From assembly GCF_030028105.1 (NCBI RefSeq), contig NC_092371.1:14591884-14655883 (forward strand): 64,000 nucleotides of DNA, in the 5' to 3' direction. Both the position numbers and the translations under genes were made by a program. Position 1 is the stretch's first letter, and each line of letters opens with the position of its first letter. The notes below the pieces were generated by a model that saw nothing but the letters and a program-made list of their open reading frames with translations, did not search any database and had not been told where the DNA came from. Below are positions 35,441 to 49,059 of this stretch, piece after piece. The DNA is from Mobula birostris (Eukaryota).

Positions 35441-37337
35441 AAAGGAAACAACGGTAGATTTATCGTGTCCTGTCTTTACTCGGTTGCTGGCAGTACGTTG
35501 CGGGGAATGGTCGCGGATATGGTGCTGCCGAGAAGCCTCAATCAGGATTACAGTTAAATAGACTCAGACCGCCTTTCTGATCTCTGCTTCCTGAGCGTTC
35601 GTCGGCCGTCGGCACCCACCTCCCACCATCACCGGAACCTTCTACTCCTCGGTGTCCTGCACTTCTGCTCTTCATTTACACCCATCCCTGTGGGAGGGAG
35701 ATCAACATTCTCACGGCCTTTTGGCCAACGTCTTACCACTGGGAGTGTTACACTGTATGGATGTTTCCCCGTGACGTGACCATTCTCTCCATCGATTCCA
35801 TTAGTTCCTGAATGAAGGCCATCGGCCTCACTTCCTGCCCTGACAGCACCGTCACCACCCGCCACACCCACACACTAGCTTCTGTAACTCATAGTTATCT
35901 TCAAAGTTTAAGGTAAATTTGTTGTTATAGTATGTATACGTCTTCATATGCGACACTGAGTTTCATGTTCTTACAGGTATTCACAGTAGAATAAAAAAGC
36001 ACAGTAGATGCAATTAAAAACTGCACACAAAGACAAATAACCGCAAATAAATAAATGGATAGACAGAAAGATAGACAGATAAATAAAGTAAATAAACATT
36101 AATAGAACAATTAATTAAATTCAATCAATCAATCACAAACAAATAAAAAACGGATAGTCATAGTCATACTTTATAGATCCTGGAGGAAATTGGTTTTCGT
36201 TTCAGTTGCACCATAAATAATTAAATAGTAATAAAACCATAAATAATTAAATAGTAATATGTAAATTATGCCAGGAAATAAGACCAGGACCAGCCTATTG
36301 GTTCAGGGTGTCTGACCCTCCAAGGCAGGAGTTGTAAATTTTGATGGCCACAGGCAGAAATGACTTCCTATGACGCTGTGTGTTGCATCTCTGTGGAATG
36401 AGTCTCTGGCTGAATGCAACCCTGTGCCCAACCAGTACATTATGTAGTGGATGGGAGACATTGTCCAAGATGGCATGCAACTTGGACAGCATCTTCTTTT
36501 CAGACACCACCGTCAGAGAGTCCAATTCCATTCCCACAACATCACTGGCCTTACGAATGAGGTTGTTGATTCTGTTGGTGTCTGCTACCCTCAGCCTGCT
36601 GCCCCAGCACACAACAGCAAACATGATCGCACTGGCCACCACAGACTCGTAGAACATCCTCAGCATCGTCCGACAGATGTTAAAGGACCTCAGTCTCCTC
36701 AGGAAATAGAGACGGCTCTATCCCTTCTTGTAGACAGCCTCAGTATTCTTTGACCAGTCCAGTTTATTTTCAATTCGTATCCCCAGGTATTTGTAATCCT
36801 CCACCATGTCCACACTCACCCCCTGGATGGAAACAGCGGTCACCGGTGTCTTAGCTCGACTCAGGTCTACCACCAGCTCCTTAGTCTTTTTCACATTAAG
36901 CTGCAGATAATTCTGCTCACACCATGTGACAAAGCTTCCTACCGTAGCACTGTACTCATCCTCATCTCCCTTGCTGATGCATCCAACTATGGCAGAGTCA
37001 TCCGAAAACTTCTGAAGTTGACCAGACTCTGTGCAGCAGTTGAAGTCCGAGGTGTAAATGGTGAATCGAAAGGGATATAAGACAGTCCCCTGTGGAGCCC
37101 CAGTGCTGCTGATCGCTCTTTCGGACACACAGTGTTGCAAGCACACGTACTGTGGTCTGCCAGTCAGGTAATCTAGAATCCATGCACCGGGAAAGCATCC
37201 ACCTGCATCGCTGTTAGTTTCTCTCCCTGCAGAGCAGGGCGGATGGCGTTGAACGCACAGGAGAAGTAAAAAAACATGACCCTCACATTGCTCGCTGGCT
37301 TGTCCAGGTGGGCGTAGACACAGTTCAGCAGGTAGAC

Positions 37338-38992
37338 AACAGGAATACTGCAGATGCTAGAAATTCAAGCAACACACACAAAAGTTGCTGGTGAACTCCC
37401 ACTTCCTCCAAACTAAAGGTGTAGCTATAGACACCCGTGTGGGTCCGAGCTATACCTGCCTTTTTGTTGGCTTTGTGGAACAATCTATATTCCGTGCCTA
37501 TTCTGGTATCTGTCCCCCACTTTTCCTTCGCTACATCGACAACTGCATTGGCGCTGCTTCCTGCACGCATGCAGAGCTCGTTGACTTTATTAACTTTGCC
37601 TCCAACTTTCACCCTGCCCTCAAGTTTACCTGGTCCATTTCCGACACCTCCCTCCACTTTCTAGATCTTTCTGTCTCTGTCTCTGGAGACAGCTTATCCA
37701 CTGATGTCTACTATAAGCCTACTGACTCTCACAGCTATCTGGACATTTCCTCTTCTCACCCTTTCTCTTGCAAAAACGCCATCCCCTTCTCGCAATTCCT
37801 CCGTCTCCGCTGCATCTGCTCTCAGGATGAGGCTTTTCATTCTAGGACGAGGGAGATGTCTTCCTTTTTTAAAGAAAGGGGCTTCCCTTCCTCCAGTATC
37901 AACTCTGCTCTTAAACGCATCTCCCCCATTTCACGTACATCTGCTCTCACTCCATCCTCCCGCCACCCCACTAGGAATAGGGTTCCCCTGGTCCTCACCT
38001 ACCACCCCACCAGCCTCCGGGTCCAACATATTATTCTCCGTAACTTCCGCCACCTCCAACGGGAACCCACCACTAACAACATCTTTTCCTCCCCCCCCCC
38101 ACCTCTGCATTCCACAGGGATCGCTCCCTACGCAACTCCCTTGTCCATTCGTCCCCCCCATCCCTCCCCACTGATATCCCTCCTGGCACTTATCCGTGTA
38201 AGCAGAACAAGTGCTACACATGCCCTTACACTTCCTCCCTTACCACCATTCAGGGCCCCAAACAGACCTTCCAGGTGAGGCAACACTTCACCTGTGAGTC
38301 GGCTGGGGTGATATACTGCGTCCGGTGCTCCAGATGTGGCCTTTTATATATTGGCGAGACCCAACGTAGACTGGGAGACCGCTTTGCTGAACACCTACGC
38401 TCTGTCCGCCAGATAAAGCAGGATCTCCCAGTGGCCACACATTTTAATTGCTCGTCCCATTCCCATTCTGACATGTCTATCCACGGCCTCATCTACTGTA
38501 AAGATGAAGCCACACACAGGTTGGAGGAACAACACCTTATATTCCGTCTGGGTAGCCTCCAACCTGATGGCATGAACATCGACTTCTCTAACTTCCGCTA
38601 ATGCCCCACCTCCCCCTCGTACCCCATCTGTTACTTATTTTTATACACACATTCTTTCTCTCACTCTCCTTTTTCTCCCTCTGTCCCTCTGAATATACCC
38701 CTTGCCCATCCTCCTGGTCCCTCCCCCCTTGTCTTTCTTCCTGGACCTCCTGTCCCATGATCCTCTCGTATCCCTTTTGCCTATCACCTGTCCAGCTCTT
38801 GGCTCCATCCCTCCCCCTCCTGTCTTCTCCTATCATTTTGGATCTCCCCCTCCCCGTCCAACTTTCAAATCCCTTACTCACTCTTCCTTCAGTTAGTCCT
38901 GACGAAGGGTCTCGGCCTGAAACGTCGACTGCACCTCTTCCTACAGATGCTGCCTGGCCTGCTGCGTTCACCAGCAACTTTTGTGTGTGTTG
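37338..38992 (+). mobile_element. 5'-truncated Penelope-like element (RT + GIY-YIG) with inverted terminal-repeat piece and 13-bp TSD
   Basis: ORF 37385-38278 (QTKGVAIDTRVGPSY, FLRYIDNCI, YYKPTDSHSYLD) and ORF 38275-38601 (VIYCVRCSRCGLLYIGETQRRLGDRFAEH). TSD TCAGCAGGTAGAC at 37325-37337 and 38993-39005. Confidence 0.92.
38894..38931 (+). ncRNA. Minimal type I hammerhead ribozyme motif in the Penelope-like terminal repeat
   Basis: UAGUC-CUGACGA-A-GGGUCUCGGCCU-GAAA-CG-UC/GACUG. Intact core, stem I UAGUC:GACUG, 3-4 bp stem II, predicted cleavage after C38926. Confidence 0.78.
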
Positions 38993-39879
38993 TCAGCAGG
39001 TAGACGCTGGCATCATCAACTCCTAGTCGGGACTTGTAGGCGAACTGGAGGGGATCTAAGTGTAGCCTAACCATAGGCCGGAGCAGCTCCAGAACAAGTC
39101 TCTCCAGGGCTTCATGATGTGGGAGGTCAATGCCACCGGTTTGTAGTCATTGAGTCCGCTGGGGCGCGGCGGCTTCTGCACAGGGACGAGGCAGGACATC
39201 TTCCACAGCACAGGAACCCTCCGGAGCCTCAGGCTCAGGTTGAAGACATGGCGAAGTTCTCCACATAGCTGAGGGGTACAGGTTTTGAGTACCCTGGTAC
39301 TGACAGCATCCGGTCCTGCAGCAACTGTTTCAGCTGTCTTCTGACCTGTAAAGGGTTAAAGGGATAATGGATAAATTCACAAATAATACTGAGGACATGA
39401 GTTTGAGAGTGAATCTATAGATTGTGGAATCATTTCGGAGATGTGGTGATTATAGTCATCCACTTTGGTTCAGGGGCCTGATGGCCTAACTCTTATGGAA
39501 ACTTGTAGTGCCCGATCTAAGACTGTAATTGTCAGATGAGAGAGAGTTGCTGAAGCGCGAAACAAGTGTGAGATGACTACAGAGACTTGTTTACTTTTGT
39601 TAAAGTTATATCTTGTCTGACCAATAACGTGGTCTTTATAGACGGTGCGAAAGATAAGATGACTGCCAATGTTAGCTCCGCGCACACACAACGAATTCAG
39701 TGCATTTCACATAAATTATTAACGGTTGCCTGACCTGCTGATTTCATTTTTTCAAGAATTTGGCGTAGAAATCTCACTTCGTCATTAATGAGGTTTTTAT
39801 GTTGGTTGGATTGTGTCAACCTGTTCATGGACTGTGCTAATCACTCTATTTTTGGATAATACAGAGCAATTTGCGCGAC

Positions 39880-42672
39880 ATTAAAGAACATGGAATTATG
39901 ATGTAGTGGCTATTACAGAGACTTGGCTGGCACCAGGGCAGGAATGGATTCTCAATATTGCTGGATTTCAGTGCTTTAAAAGAGATAGAGAGGGCGGAAC
40001 AAGGGAAGGAGGGGTGGCATTACTGGTCAGGGATACTATTACAGCTACAGAAAGGGTGGGTAATGTAGCAGGATCCTCTTTTCAGTCAATATGGGTGGAA
40101 GTCAGGAACAGGAAGGGAGCAGTTACTCTACTGGGGGTATTCTATAGGCCCCCTGGTAGCAGCAGAGATACAGAGGAGCAGATTGGAAGGCAGATTTTGG
40201 AAAGGTGCAAAAATAACAGGGTTGTTATAATGGGTGACTTTAACTTCCCTAATATTGATTGGCACCTGATTAGTTCCAAGGGTTCAGATGGGGCAGAATT
40301 TGTTAAGTGTGTCCAGGATGGATTCCTGTCACAGTATGTGGACAGGCCGACCAAGGAGAATGCCATACTAGATCTAGTACTAGGCAATGAAGCGGTCACA
40401 GATCTCTCAGTGGGTGAGCATCTGGGGGACAGTGACCACCGCTCCCTGGCCTTTATAAGTATCCTGGAAAAGGATAGAATCAAAGAGGACAGGAAAATTT
40501 TTAACTGGGGAAAGTCAAATTATGAGGCTATAAGCCTAGAACTTGCGAGTGTGAATTGGGATAATGTTTTTGCAGGGAAATGTACTATGGACATGTGGTC
40601 GATGTTTAGAGACCTCTTGCGGGATGTAAGGGATAAATTTGTCCCGGTGAGGAAGATAAGGAATAGTAGGGTGAAGAAACCATGGGTGACAAGTGAGGTG
40701 GAAAATCTAGTCAGGTGGAACAAGGCAGCATACATGAGGTTTAGGAAGCAAGGATCAGATGGGTCTATTGAGGAATATAGGGAAGCAAGAAAGGAGCTTA
40801 AGAAAGGGCTGAGAAGAGCAAGAAGGGGAATGAGAAGGCCTTGGCGAGTAGGGTAAAGGAAAACCACAAGGCATTCTTCAATTATGTGAAGAAAAAAAGG
40901 ATGACAGGAGTGAAGGTAGGACCGATTAGAGATAATGGTGGGAAGATGTGCCTGGAGGCTGTGGAAGTGAGCGAGTCCTCCATGAATACTTTTCTTCGGT
41001 ATTCACCAATGAGAGAGAACTTGATGATGGTGAGGACAATATGAGTGAGGTTGATGTTCTGGAGCATGTTGATATTCAGGGAGAGGCGGTGTTGGAGTTG
41101 TTAAAATGCATTAGGACAGATAAGTCCCCGGGGCCTGACGGAATATTCCCCAGGATGGTCCACGAGGCGAGAGAAGAGATTGCTGAGCCTCTGGCTAGGA
41201 TCTTTAGGTCCTCGTTGTCCACGGGAATGGTACCGGAGGATTGGAGCGAGGCGAATGTTTTTCCCTTGTTCAAAAAAGGTAGTAGGGATAGTCCGGGTAA
41301 TTATAGACCAGTGAACCTTACGTTTGTGGTGAGAAAGCTGTTGGAAAAGATTCTTAGAGATAGGATCTATAGGCATTTAGAGAATCATGGTCTGATCAGG
41401 GACTGTCAGCATGGCTTTGTGAAGGGCAGATCGTGCCTAACAAGCCTGATACTATGCTTTGAGGAGGTGACCAGGCATATAGATGGGGGTACTGCAGTGG
41501 ATGTGATCTATGTGGATTTTAGTAAGGCATTTGCAAGGTTCCACATGGTAGGCTTATTCAGAAAGTTAGAAGGAATGGGATCCAGGGAAGTTTGGCCAGT
41601 TGGATTCAGAATTGGCTTGCCTGCAGAAGGCAGAGGGTGATGGTAGAGGGGGTACATTCAGATTGTATGATTGTGACTAGTGGTGTCCCACAAGGATCTG
41701 TTCTGGGACCTCTACTTTTCGTGATTTTTATTAACGGCCTGGATGTGGCGGTTAGAAGGGTGGGTTGGCAAGTTTGCAGACGACACAAAGGTTGGTGGTG
41801 TTGTAGATAGTGTAGAGGATTGTCAAAGATTGCAGAGAGACATTGATAGGATGCAGAAGTGGGTTGAGAATTGGCAGATGGAGTTCAACCTGGAGAAGTG
41901 TGAGGTGGTACACTTTGGAAGGACAAACTCCAAGGCACAGTACAAAGTAAATGGCAGGATACTTGTAGTGTGGAGGAGCAGAGGGATCTCGGGGTACATG
42001 TCCACAGATCTCTGAAAGTTGCCTCACAGGTGGATAGGGTAGTTAAGAAAGCTTATGGGGTGTTAGCTTTCATAAGCCGAGGGATAGAGTTTAAGAGTCG
42101 CGATGTAATGATGCAGCTTTATAAAACTGTGGTCAGGCCACACTTGGAGTACTGTGTCCAGTTCTGGTCACCTCACTATAGGAAGGATGTGGAAGCGTCG
42201 GAAAGGGTACAGAGGAGATTTACCAGGATGCTTCCTGGTTTAGAAAGTATGCATTATGATCAGAGATTAAGGGAGCTAGGGCTTTACTCTTTGGAGAGAA
42301 GGAGGATGAAAGGAGACATGATAGAGGTGTACAAGATAATAAGAGGAATAGAGAAAGTGGATAGCCAGCGCCTCTTCCCCAGGGCACCACTTGCTCAATA
42401 CAAGAGGACATGGCTTTAAGGTAAGGGGTGTGAAGTTCAAGGGGGATAGTAGAGGAAGGTTTTTTACTCAGAGAGTGGTTGGTGCGTGGAATGCACTGCC
42501 TGAGTCAATGGTGGAGGCAGATACACTAGTGAAGTTTAAGAGACAACTAGACTGTAATATGGAGGAATCTAAGGTGGGGGCTTATATGGGAGGCAGGGTT
42601 TGAGGGTCGGAACAACATTGTGGGCCGAAGGGCCTGTACTGTGCTGTACTATTCTATGTTCTATGTTCTATA
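39880..42672 (+). mobile_element. CR1 LINE, nearly complete ORF2 (APE + RT) with frameshifts
   Basis: ORFs 39906-40856 (AITETWL, GDFNFPNIDW, LDLVLGNE, SDHRSL), 40948-41640, 41743-42015 ([10 protein letters not shown]), 41970-42603, and a (TTCTATG)n tail. Confidence 0.93.
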
Positions 42673-43619
42673 AATCCTGTCTATAAGATAAAAGTCAAAT
42701 GAACGATCGGGCAAATGACGCCCACACTTGGTATACTGGAATAATCAACACTTCTTAAGTTTGCAAACATATTTGAAAACACTGAGACTGTCAAGCGCAC
42801 AATAAAACACTAAAAACAGAAAAGTCAATGAACTTAAATAAAATACGTTGCATATTATAAAACATTAGCTTTATTTGGTATACGTAGAAACAAACATACA
42901 GCGCCGTTTGCGTCAAGCCAATTCAATAAAGATTGTGCTGGGGACGGACCGGAGGTGTCAACACCCCTTCGGCCACAACATGCATTTATGTGGTGTCTAT
43001 GCATTTACCTATCTATCTAACTGTCTATCTGTGTATCTATCTGTCCAATTACTTCTTTTATTCATTCAGAGGTACAGTGCGTAACAGGGCCTTCGCTCCG
43101 CCCAGCAACCCAGTCTTTTGTCCCAAGCGCAATCACACAACAATTTACAATATTCAGCTAACCTTCCCAACCGGTACTTCTTTTGACTATGGAAGGGAAC
43201 CAGAGAACTTGGAGGATGTTGTCAGTACCTCCAGCTGAACTTCGAATTTTAGTGTGTTTTCCCACTTGCCCTCAGTCTCCGGCTTTGTATTGCCATGTGC
43301 TCTTGTTTCTTTTCATGCCCGCTGTGCCCCTGTCTCCGCTCCTACTGTACTCCGGCCCTTCTGCTACGGAGGACTCCGCCTCTCACCTGTTTCTGATTAT
43401 TACCTGTTTTGCTGCCACTTCCGTCTCATTGTGCTCCACCTATCATCTGCCTCTCTGTTTATTGCTCAGTGTATTTCAGTGCTGTGTTTTCACCTGTTTG
43501 TTCTTAGATTGCCCCAGTGAATTTTCCTGAGCCTCTCCAGCATTCGTATCTGCACTCTCTACGTCTGAAAATCAAGTACCTCGAAACCTCATCCTCAGCG
43601 ATAGACTCCAACACTTTCA

Positions 43620-45330
43620 CAGCCACTGAGATTAGACTAACTGGCCTATAATTTCCTCTCTTAAAGTGTCAAGAATTTGTACTCTTCTAGTCCTTCGGAC
43701 CATGCCAGAGTGAAGTCATTCTTGAAAGATCATGGCCAATGCATCCGTTAGATCTTCAGCAACCTCTCTCAGCCACCTTAAGACCTTTCAGTCTGCCTAT
43801 CAAGTTTTCATTTGTAATAGTAATGACACTCACTCCTGCTCCCTAACACTCACGGACCTCTGGCATACTGCTAGTAACATCCACAGTGAAGACAAATGCA
43901 AAGTACCCATTAAGATCATCTGCCATTTCTTTGTCTCCCATTACTACATCACCAGCATCATTCTCCAGTGGTCCAATATCAACTCTTACCATCCTTTTAG
44001 TCTTCATCTAACTAAAATATTCTGTTATCCTGCTTTATATTATTGGCTAGTCTGTCCTCATATTTCATCCTTTATTTTCATGTAGCTTTTTAGTTGCCTT
44101 TTATTGGATTTTAAAAGCTTCCCACACAATTTTGCTATCTTATATGTCCTTTCCTTGACTTTTATGCAGTCCGTAATTTCCTTTGTCAGCCACTGCTGCC
44201 ATTTGAGACCATCGTCCTCTGTGGGACATATCTATCACGCGACTTGTGAACTATTCCCAGAAAATTTAACTAACTTTGCTCTTCCGTCATCCCCGCCAGT
44301 ATCCTCCTCCAAGCCACCTCGGAAGCTCCTGTGTCATGCCTCTGCAATTCCCTTTATTCTATTGCGATACTGATACATATGAGTTCCGTTTCTCCCTTTC
44401 AAATTACAGTAGGAATTCAATCATATCATCACTGCCTCCTGAGTGTTCCATGACGTTAAACTCTCTGATAGTATCTTAGTTATTATACAACACCAACTAG
44501 GCTCAAGCATAAGTTGCTTCAAAAAACTGTCTCTCAGGCACAACTAATACCCTGTCTTGCCATCCGACCCAAAATTTACTTTCTCATTCTCCATGCATAT
44601 TGAAAATTACAATTACAATTGTTGCATTATCCTAATTAAATGTCGTTTGCAGCTACATTTGCTATCTCAATCCCACATCCTGGCTACTATTTGGAGGCGG
44701 ATGTATGATTCCCAGAATACCTATACATGATTCTCATGATGTTTTATTTTCACTCTTGCAATTTCTTAACTTAACCCAGAAAGATTCAACATTCCCTGAC
44801 CCGATGTCAACTCTTTCTAAAGACGAAATTCCGCCCCTTACCAATAGAACGAAACCACCAGCTATGCCTTCCTTCCCGTCCTTTCAATATAAACTATATC
44901 CCTTGATGTTAAGCTCTCAGCTCTGGCCTTCTTCCAAACACAACTCAGTGATTCCTACAACGTCATACCAACAAATCTCTAATTGCGTCACGAGTTTGTC
45001 CACTTCGTTCCGAATGCTTTGCGCATTTAAATACATCAACTTCATTCCTGCATTTTTCGCCCTTATGAATTTTGCGCTGTAAAATTTAACTATTTGCTCT
45101 GTTTGCATTTCTACACAATCAATGGCTTATTATTTCTTACGTTCATGTTATACCCATCATCTACTGGTAAACATGCTGGCGCATCCTCAGCTCTGCCATG
45201 CTGGTTCCTATCCCCCTGCCATATTAGTTCAAACGACTTCTAAAAGCTCTGATAAATCTGTTCGAAAGAATACTTGCCCCCCTGGGATTCCGATGCGATC
45301 CGTCTCTAAACTTAAAGAAGGGTAACTTTG
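43620..45330 (-). mobile_element. Decayed CR1 LINE (APE/RT fragments)
   Basis: KLMYLNAQSIRNEVDKLV...YDVVGITE on the minus strand, plus further CR1-type sequence. Confidence 0.7.
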
Positions 45331-47521
45331 AAGGTATGAGACGTGAATTAGCTAAGATAGACTGACATTTAAAGGGTTGACGGTGGATATGCAATGGCAA
45401 GCATTTAAAGATCGCATGGATGAACTACAACAACTGTTCATCCCAATTTGGCAAAAGAATAAATCGAGAAAGGTAGTGCACCCGTAGCTGACAAGGGAAA
45501 TTAGGGATAGTATTAATTCCAAAGAAGAAACATACAAATTAGCCAGCAAAAGTGGCTCGCCTGAGGACTGGGAGAAATTCCGAGTTCGGCAGAAGAGGAC
45601 AAAGGGCTTAATTAGGAAAGGGAAAAAGGATTATTAGAGAAAACTGGCAGGGAACATAAAAACTGACTGTAAAAGCTTTTATAGAAATGTGAAAAGAAAA
45701 AGTTTGGTTAAGACAAATGTAGGTCCCCGACAGACAGAAACAGGTGAATTGATTATGGGGAGCAAGGACATGGCAGACCAATTGAATAACTACTTTGGTT
45801 CTCTCTTCACTAAGGAGGACATAAACAATCTTCTGGAAATAGTAGGGGACAGAGGGTCCTGTGAGATGGATGAACTGAGGGAAATACATGTTAGTAGGGA
45901 AGTGGTGTTAGGTAAATTGAAGGGATTAAAGGCAGATAAATCCCCAGGGCCAGATAGTCTGCATCCCAGACTGCTTTAGGAAGTAGCCAAGAAATAGTGG
46001 GTGCATTAGTGATAATGTTTCAAAACTCTTTAGATCCTGGACTAGTTCCTGAGGATTGCAGGATGGCTAATGTAACCCCACTCTTTAAAAAAGGAGGGAG
46101 AGAGAAACCGGGGAATTATAGACCGGTTAGCTTAACATCGGTGGTGGGAAAAATGCTACAGTCAGTTATCAAAGATGTGATAACAGCATATTTGGAAAGC
46201 GGTGAAATCATCGGACAAAGTCAGCATAGATTTGTGAAAGGGAAATCATGTCTGACAAATCTCATTGATTTTTTTTTTGAGAATGAAACTAGTAGAGTGG
46301 ATAGGGGAGAACCAGAAGATGTTGTATATTTGGATTTTCAAAAGGCTTTTGACAAGGTCCCACACAGGAGATTAGTGTGCAACCTTAAAACACACGGTAT
46401 TGGGGGTAAGGTGTTGATATGGATAGAGAATTGGTTGGCAGACAGGAAGCAAAGAGTGGAAATAAACGTGACCTTTTCAAAATGGCAGGCAGTAACTAGT
46501 GGGGTACCGCAAGGCTCAGTGCTGGAACCCCAGTTGTTTACAATATATATTAATGACTTATATGAGGGATCTAAATGCAGCATCTCCAAGTTTGTGGATG
46601 TCACGAAGCTGGGCGGCAGTGTTAGCTGTGAGGAGGATGCTAAGAGGATGCAGGGCGACTTGGATAGGTTAGGTGAGTGGGCAAATTCATGGCAGATGCA
46701 ATTTAATGTGGATAAATGTGACGTTTGGCGGCAAAAACAGGAAAACAGATTATTATCTGAATGGTGGCCGATTGGGAAAAAGGGAGGTGCAACGAGACCT
46801 GGGTGTCATTATACACCAGTCATTCAAAGTGCGCATGCAGGTACAGCAGGCGGTGAAAAAGGCGAATGGTATGCTGGCATTCATAGCAAGAGGATTCGAG
46901 TACAGGAGCAGGGAGGTACTGCTACACTTGCACATGGCCTTGGTGAGACCACACTTCGAGTATTGTGTGCAGCTTTGGTCCGCTAACCTGAGGAAAGACA
47001 TCCCTGCCACAGAGAGGGAACAAAGAAGGTTCACCAGATTGATTCCTGGGATGGCAGGACTTTCATATGATGAACGACTGGATCGACTAGGTTTGTACCC
47101 GTTGAAATTTAGAAGATTGAGGGGGGATTTTATTGAAACATATAAAATCATAAAGGGATTGGACAGGCTCGATGCAGGAAGATTGTTCCCGATGTTGGGG
47201 AAGTCCAGAACGAGGGGTCACAGTTTGAGGATAAGGAGGAAGCCTTTTAGGACCGAGATTAGGAAAAACCTCTTCACACAGAGAGTGGTGAATCTATGGA
47301 ATTCTCTGCCAAAGGAAACAGTTGAGGCCAGTTCATTGGCTATATTTAAGAGGGAGTTAGATATGGTCCTTGTGGCTAAAGGGATCAGTGGGTATGGAGG
47401 GAAGGCTAGTACAGGGTTCTGAGTTGGATGATCAGTCATGATCATACTGAATGGCGGTGCAGGCTCGAAGGGCCGAATGGCCTACTCCTGCACCTATTTT
47501 CTATGTTTCTGTGTTTCTATG
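45330..47521 (+). mobile_element. CR1 LINE 3' half (RT), same subfamily as the J-C intron copy
   Basis: ORFs 45997-46986 and 46673-47422. The 3' region is closely similar to 32498-33560 in the opposite orientation. Confidence 0.92.
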
Positions 47522-47780
47522 CTTCTCTTTTGTACAGGTCTCACCTGCACAGGACAGGTCCCAATTATCCAGAAATTTAAATCTCTGCCCCCTGCTCCTA
47601 TTCTTCAGCCACGTATTTATCTGCCACCATCTTATTTTATTCTTACCCTCACTGTCGTATGGCCGAGGCAGCAATACCGAGATCACTAAATTTGAGGGCC
47701 AGCTTCTCAGGTTCCTTCTTAATATCCCTGTATTCTGCTTTCATGACCTTCTCCCTTTTTCTTCCCATGTCATTGGTACC

Positions 47781-48850
47781 AATATAGAAACATAGAAACA
47801 TATAAAATCGACAGCATAATACAGGCATTTCGGCCCACAATGCTGTGCCGAACATGTACTTACTTTAGAAATTACTTAGGTTTATCCATAGCCCTCTGTT
47901 TTCCTAAGCTCCATGTACGTATCCAGTAATCTCTTCAAAGACCCTATCGTATCCGCCTCCACCACAGTCGCCGGCTGCTCATTCTATGGCCTCACCACCC
48001 TCTGCATAAAAAAAAACTTGCCCTGACATTTCTTTTGTACCTGCTTCCAAGCATCTTAAGATTGTGCCCTCTCGTGTTAGTCATTTCAGCCCTGGGAAAA
48101 AGCCTCAAACTATCCACACGATCAATGTCTCTCATTATCTTATACAACTCTATCAGATCACTTCTCATCTTTCTCCATCCAAGGAGAGAAGGCCTACTTA
48201 GCTCAACCGATTCTCATAGGTCAATCTTCCCAATCCAGACAAAATCCTTGTTAATCTCCTCTGCACCCTTTCTATACCAGAACTGAGCACAGTCCTCTTA
48301 GTGGGTTCGACCAGGGTCCTATAGAGTTGTATCATTAGCTCACCACTCTTAAACTCAATGCCGCGGTTGATGAAGGCCAATGTACCGTATGCCTTCCTGA
48401 CCACACAGTTAACCTGCGCAGCAGCCTTGAGTGTTCTATGGACTCGGACCCCGAGATCTCTCTGATCCTCCACACTGCAAGGAGTCTTACCATTAATTCT
48501 CTATTCTGCCATCATATTTGACCTACCGTCATAAATTACCTCAGACTATCTGGGTTGAATTCCATCTGCCACTTCTCAGCCCAGTTTTGCATCCTATCAA
48601 TGTTTCGCGCTGACAGCCATCCACACTCTCCACAACACCCCCAACATGTGTGTTATCAGCAAATTGACGAACCCATCCCTCAACTTCCTCATCCAGGTCA
48701 TTTATAAAAATCACGAAGAGAAGGGGTCCCAGAACAGATCCGTAAGGTCCATCACTGTCATGGACCTTCATGCAGAATGTGAACCACCTACAACTACTTT
48801 TTGCCTTCTGTGAGCAAGCCAATTCTGGATCCACAAAGCAGCGTTCCTTT
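47781..48850 (-). mobile_element. CR1 LINE 3' fragment
   Basis: [36 protein letters not shown], and an (ATAGAAAC)n tail. Confidence 0.85.
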
Positions 48851-49059
48851 GGTGTCACACTTGATTGGTCCTATTCCCTCACGTCTTATCCTCTTGCTCC
48901 GAATGATGTGGCATTTGTGAAGTAGGATGCTGTGCATAATCCTGATTTGGTGGAGACAGACGTGAAAAAGCACAAAGGAACATCTGGAGAAACGTCTGAA
49001 ATGCCTGCTTCTCTGCCGCTGCTACTCTGCGATCGAGTATGTCCGGACGGGAAGGCCCC

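Larger units (their letters stand above)
36154..39350 (-). mobile_element. Rex1/Babar- or L2-like LINE interrupted by a Penelope-like insertion
   Basis: DPLQFAYKSRLGVDDASVYLL (39074-38993) continues as NCVYAHLDKPASNVRVMFF after the insert, then GAPQGTVL, KFSDDSAIVG and LNVKKTKELVVD, with a (GACTAT)n tail near 36154. Confidence 0.85.

Noticed and set aside
39906-42603. Long RT/endonuclease ORFs as possible host or domesticated genes
   Set aside because: They are frameshifted, multicopy within the window and end in simple-repeat tails, as expected for ordinary CR1 insertions.
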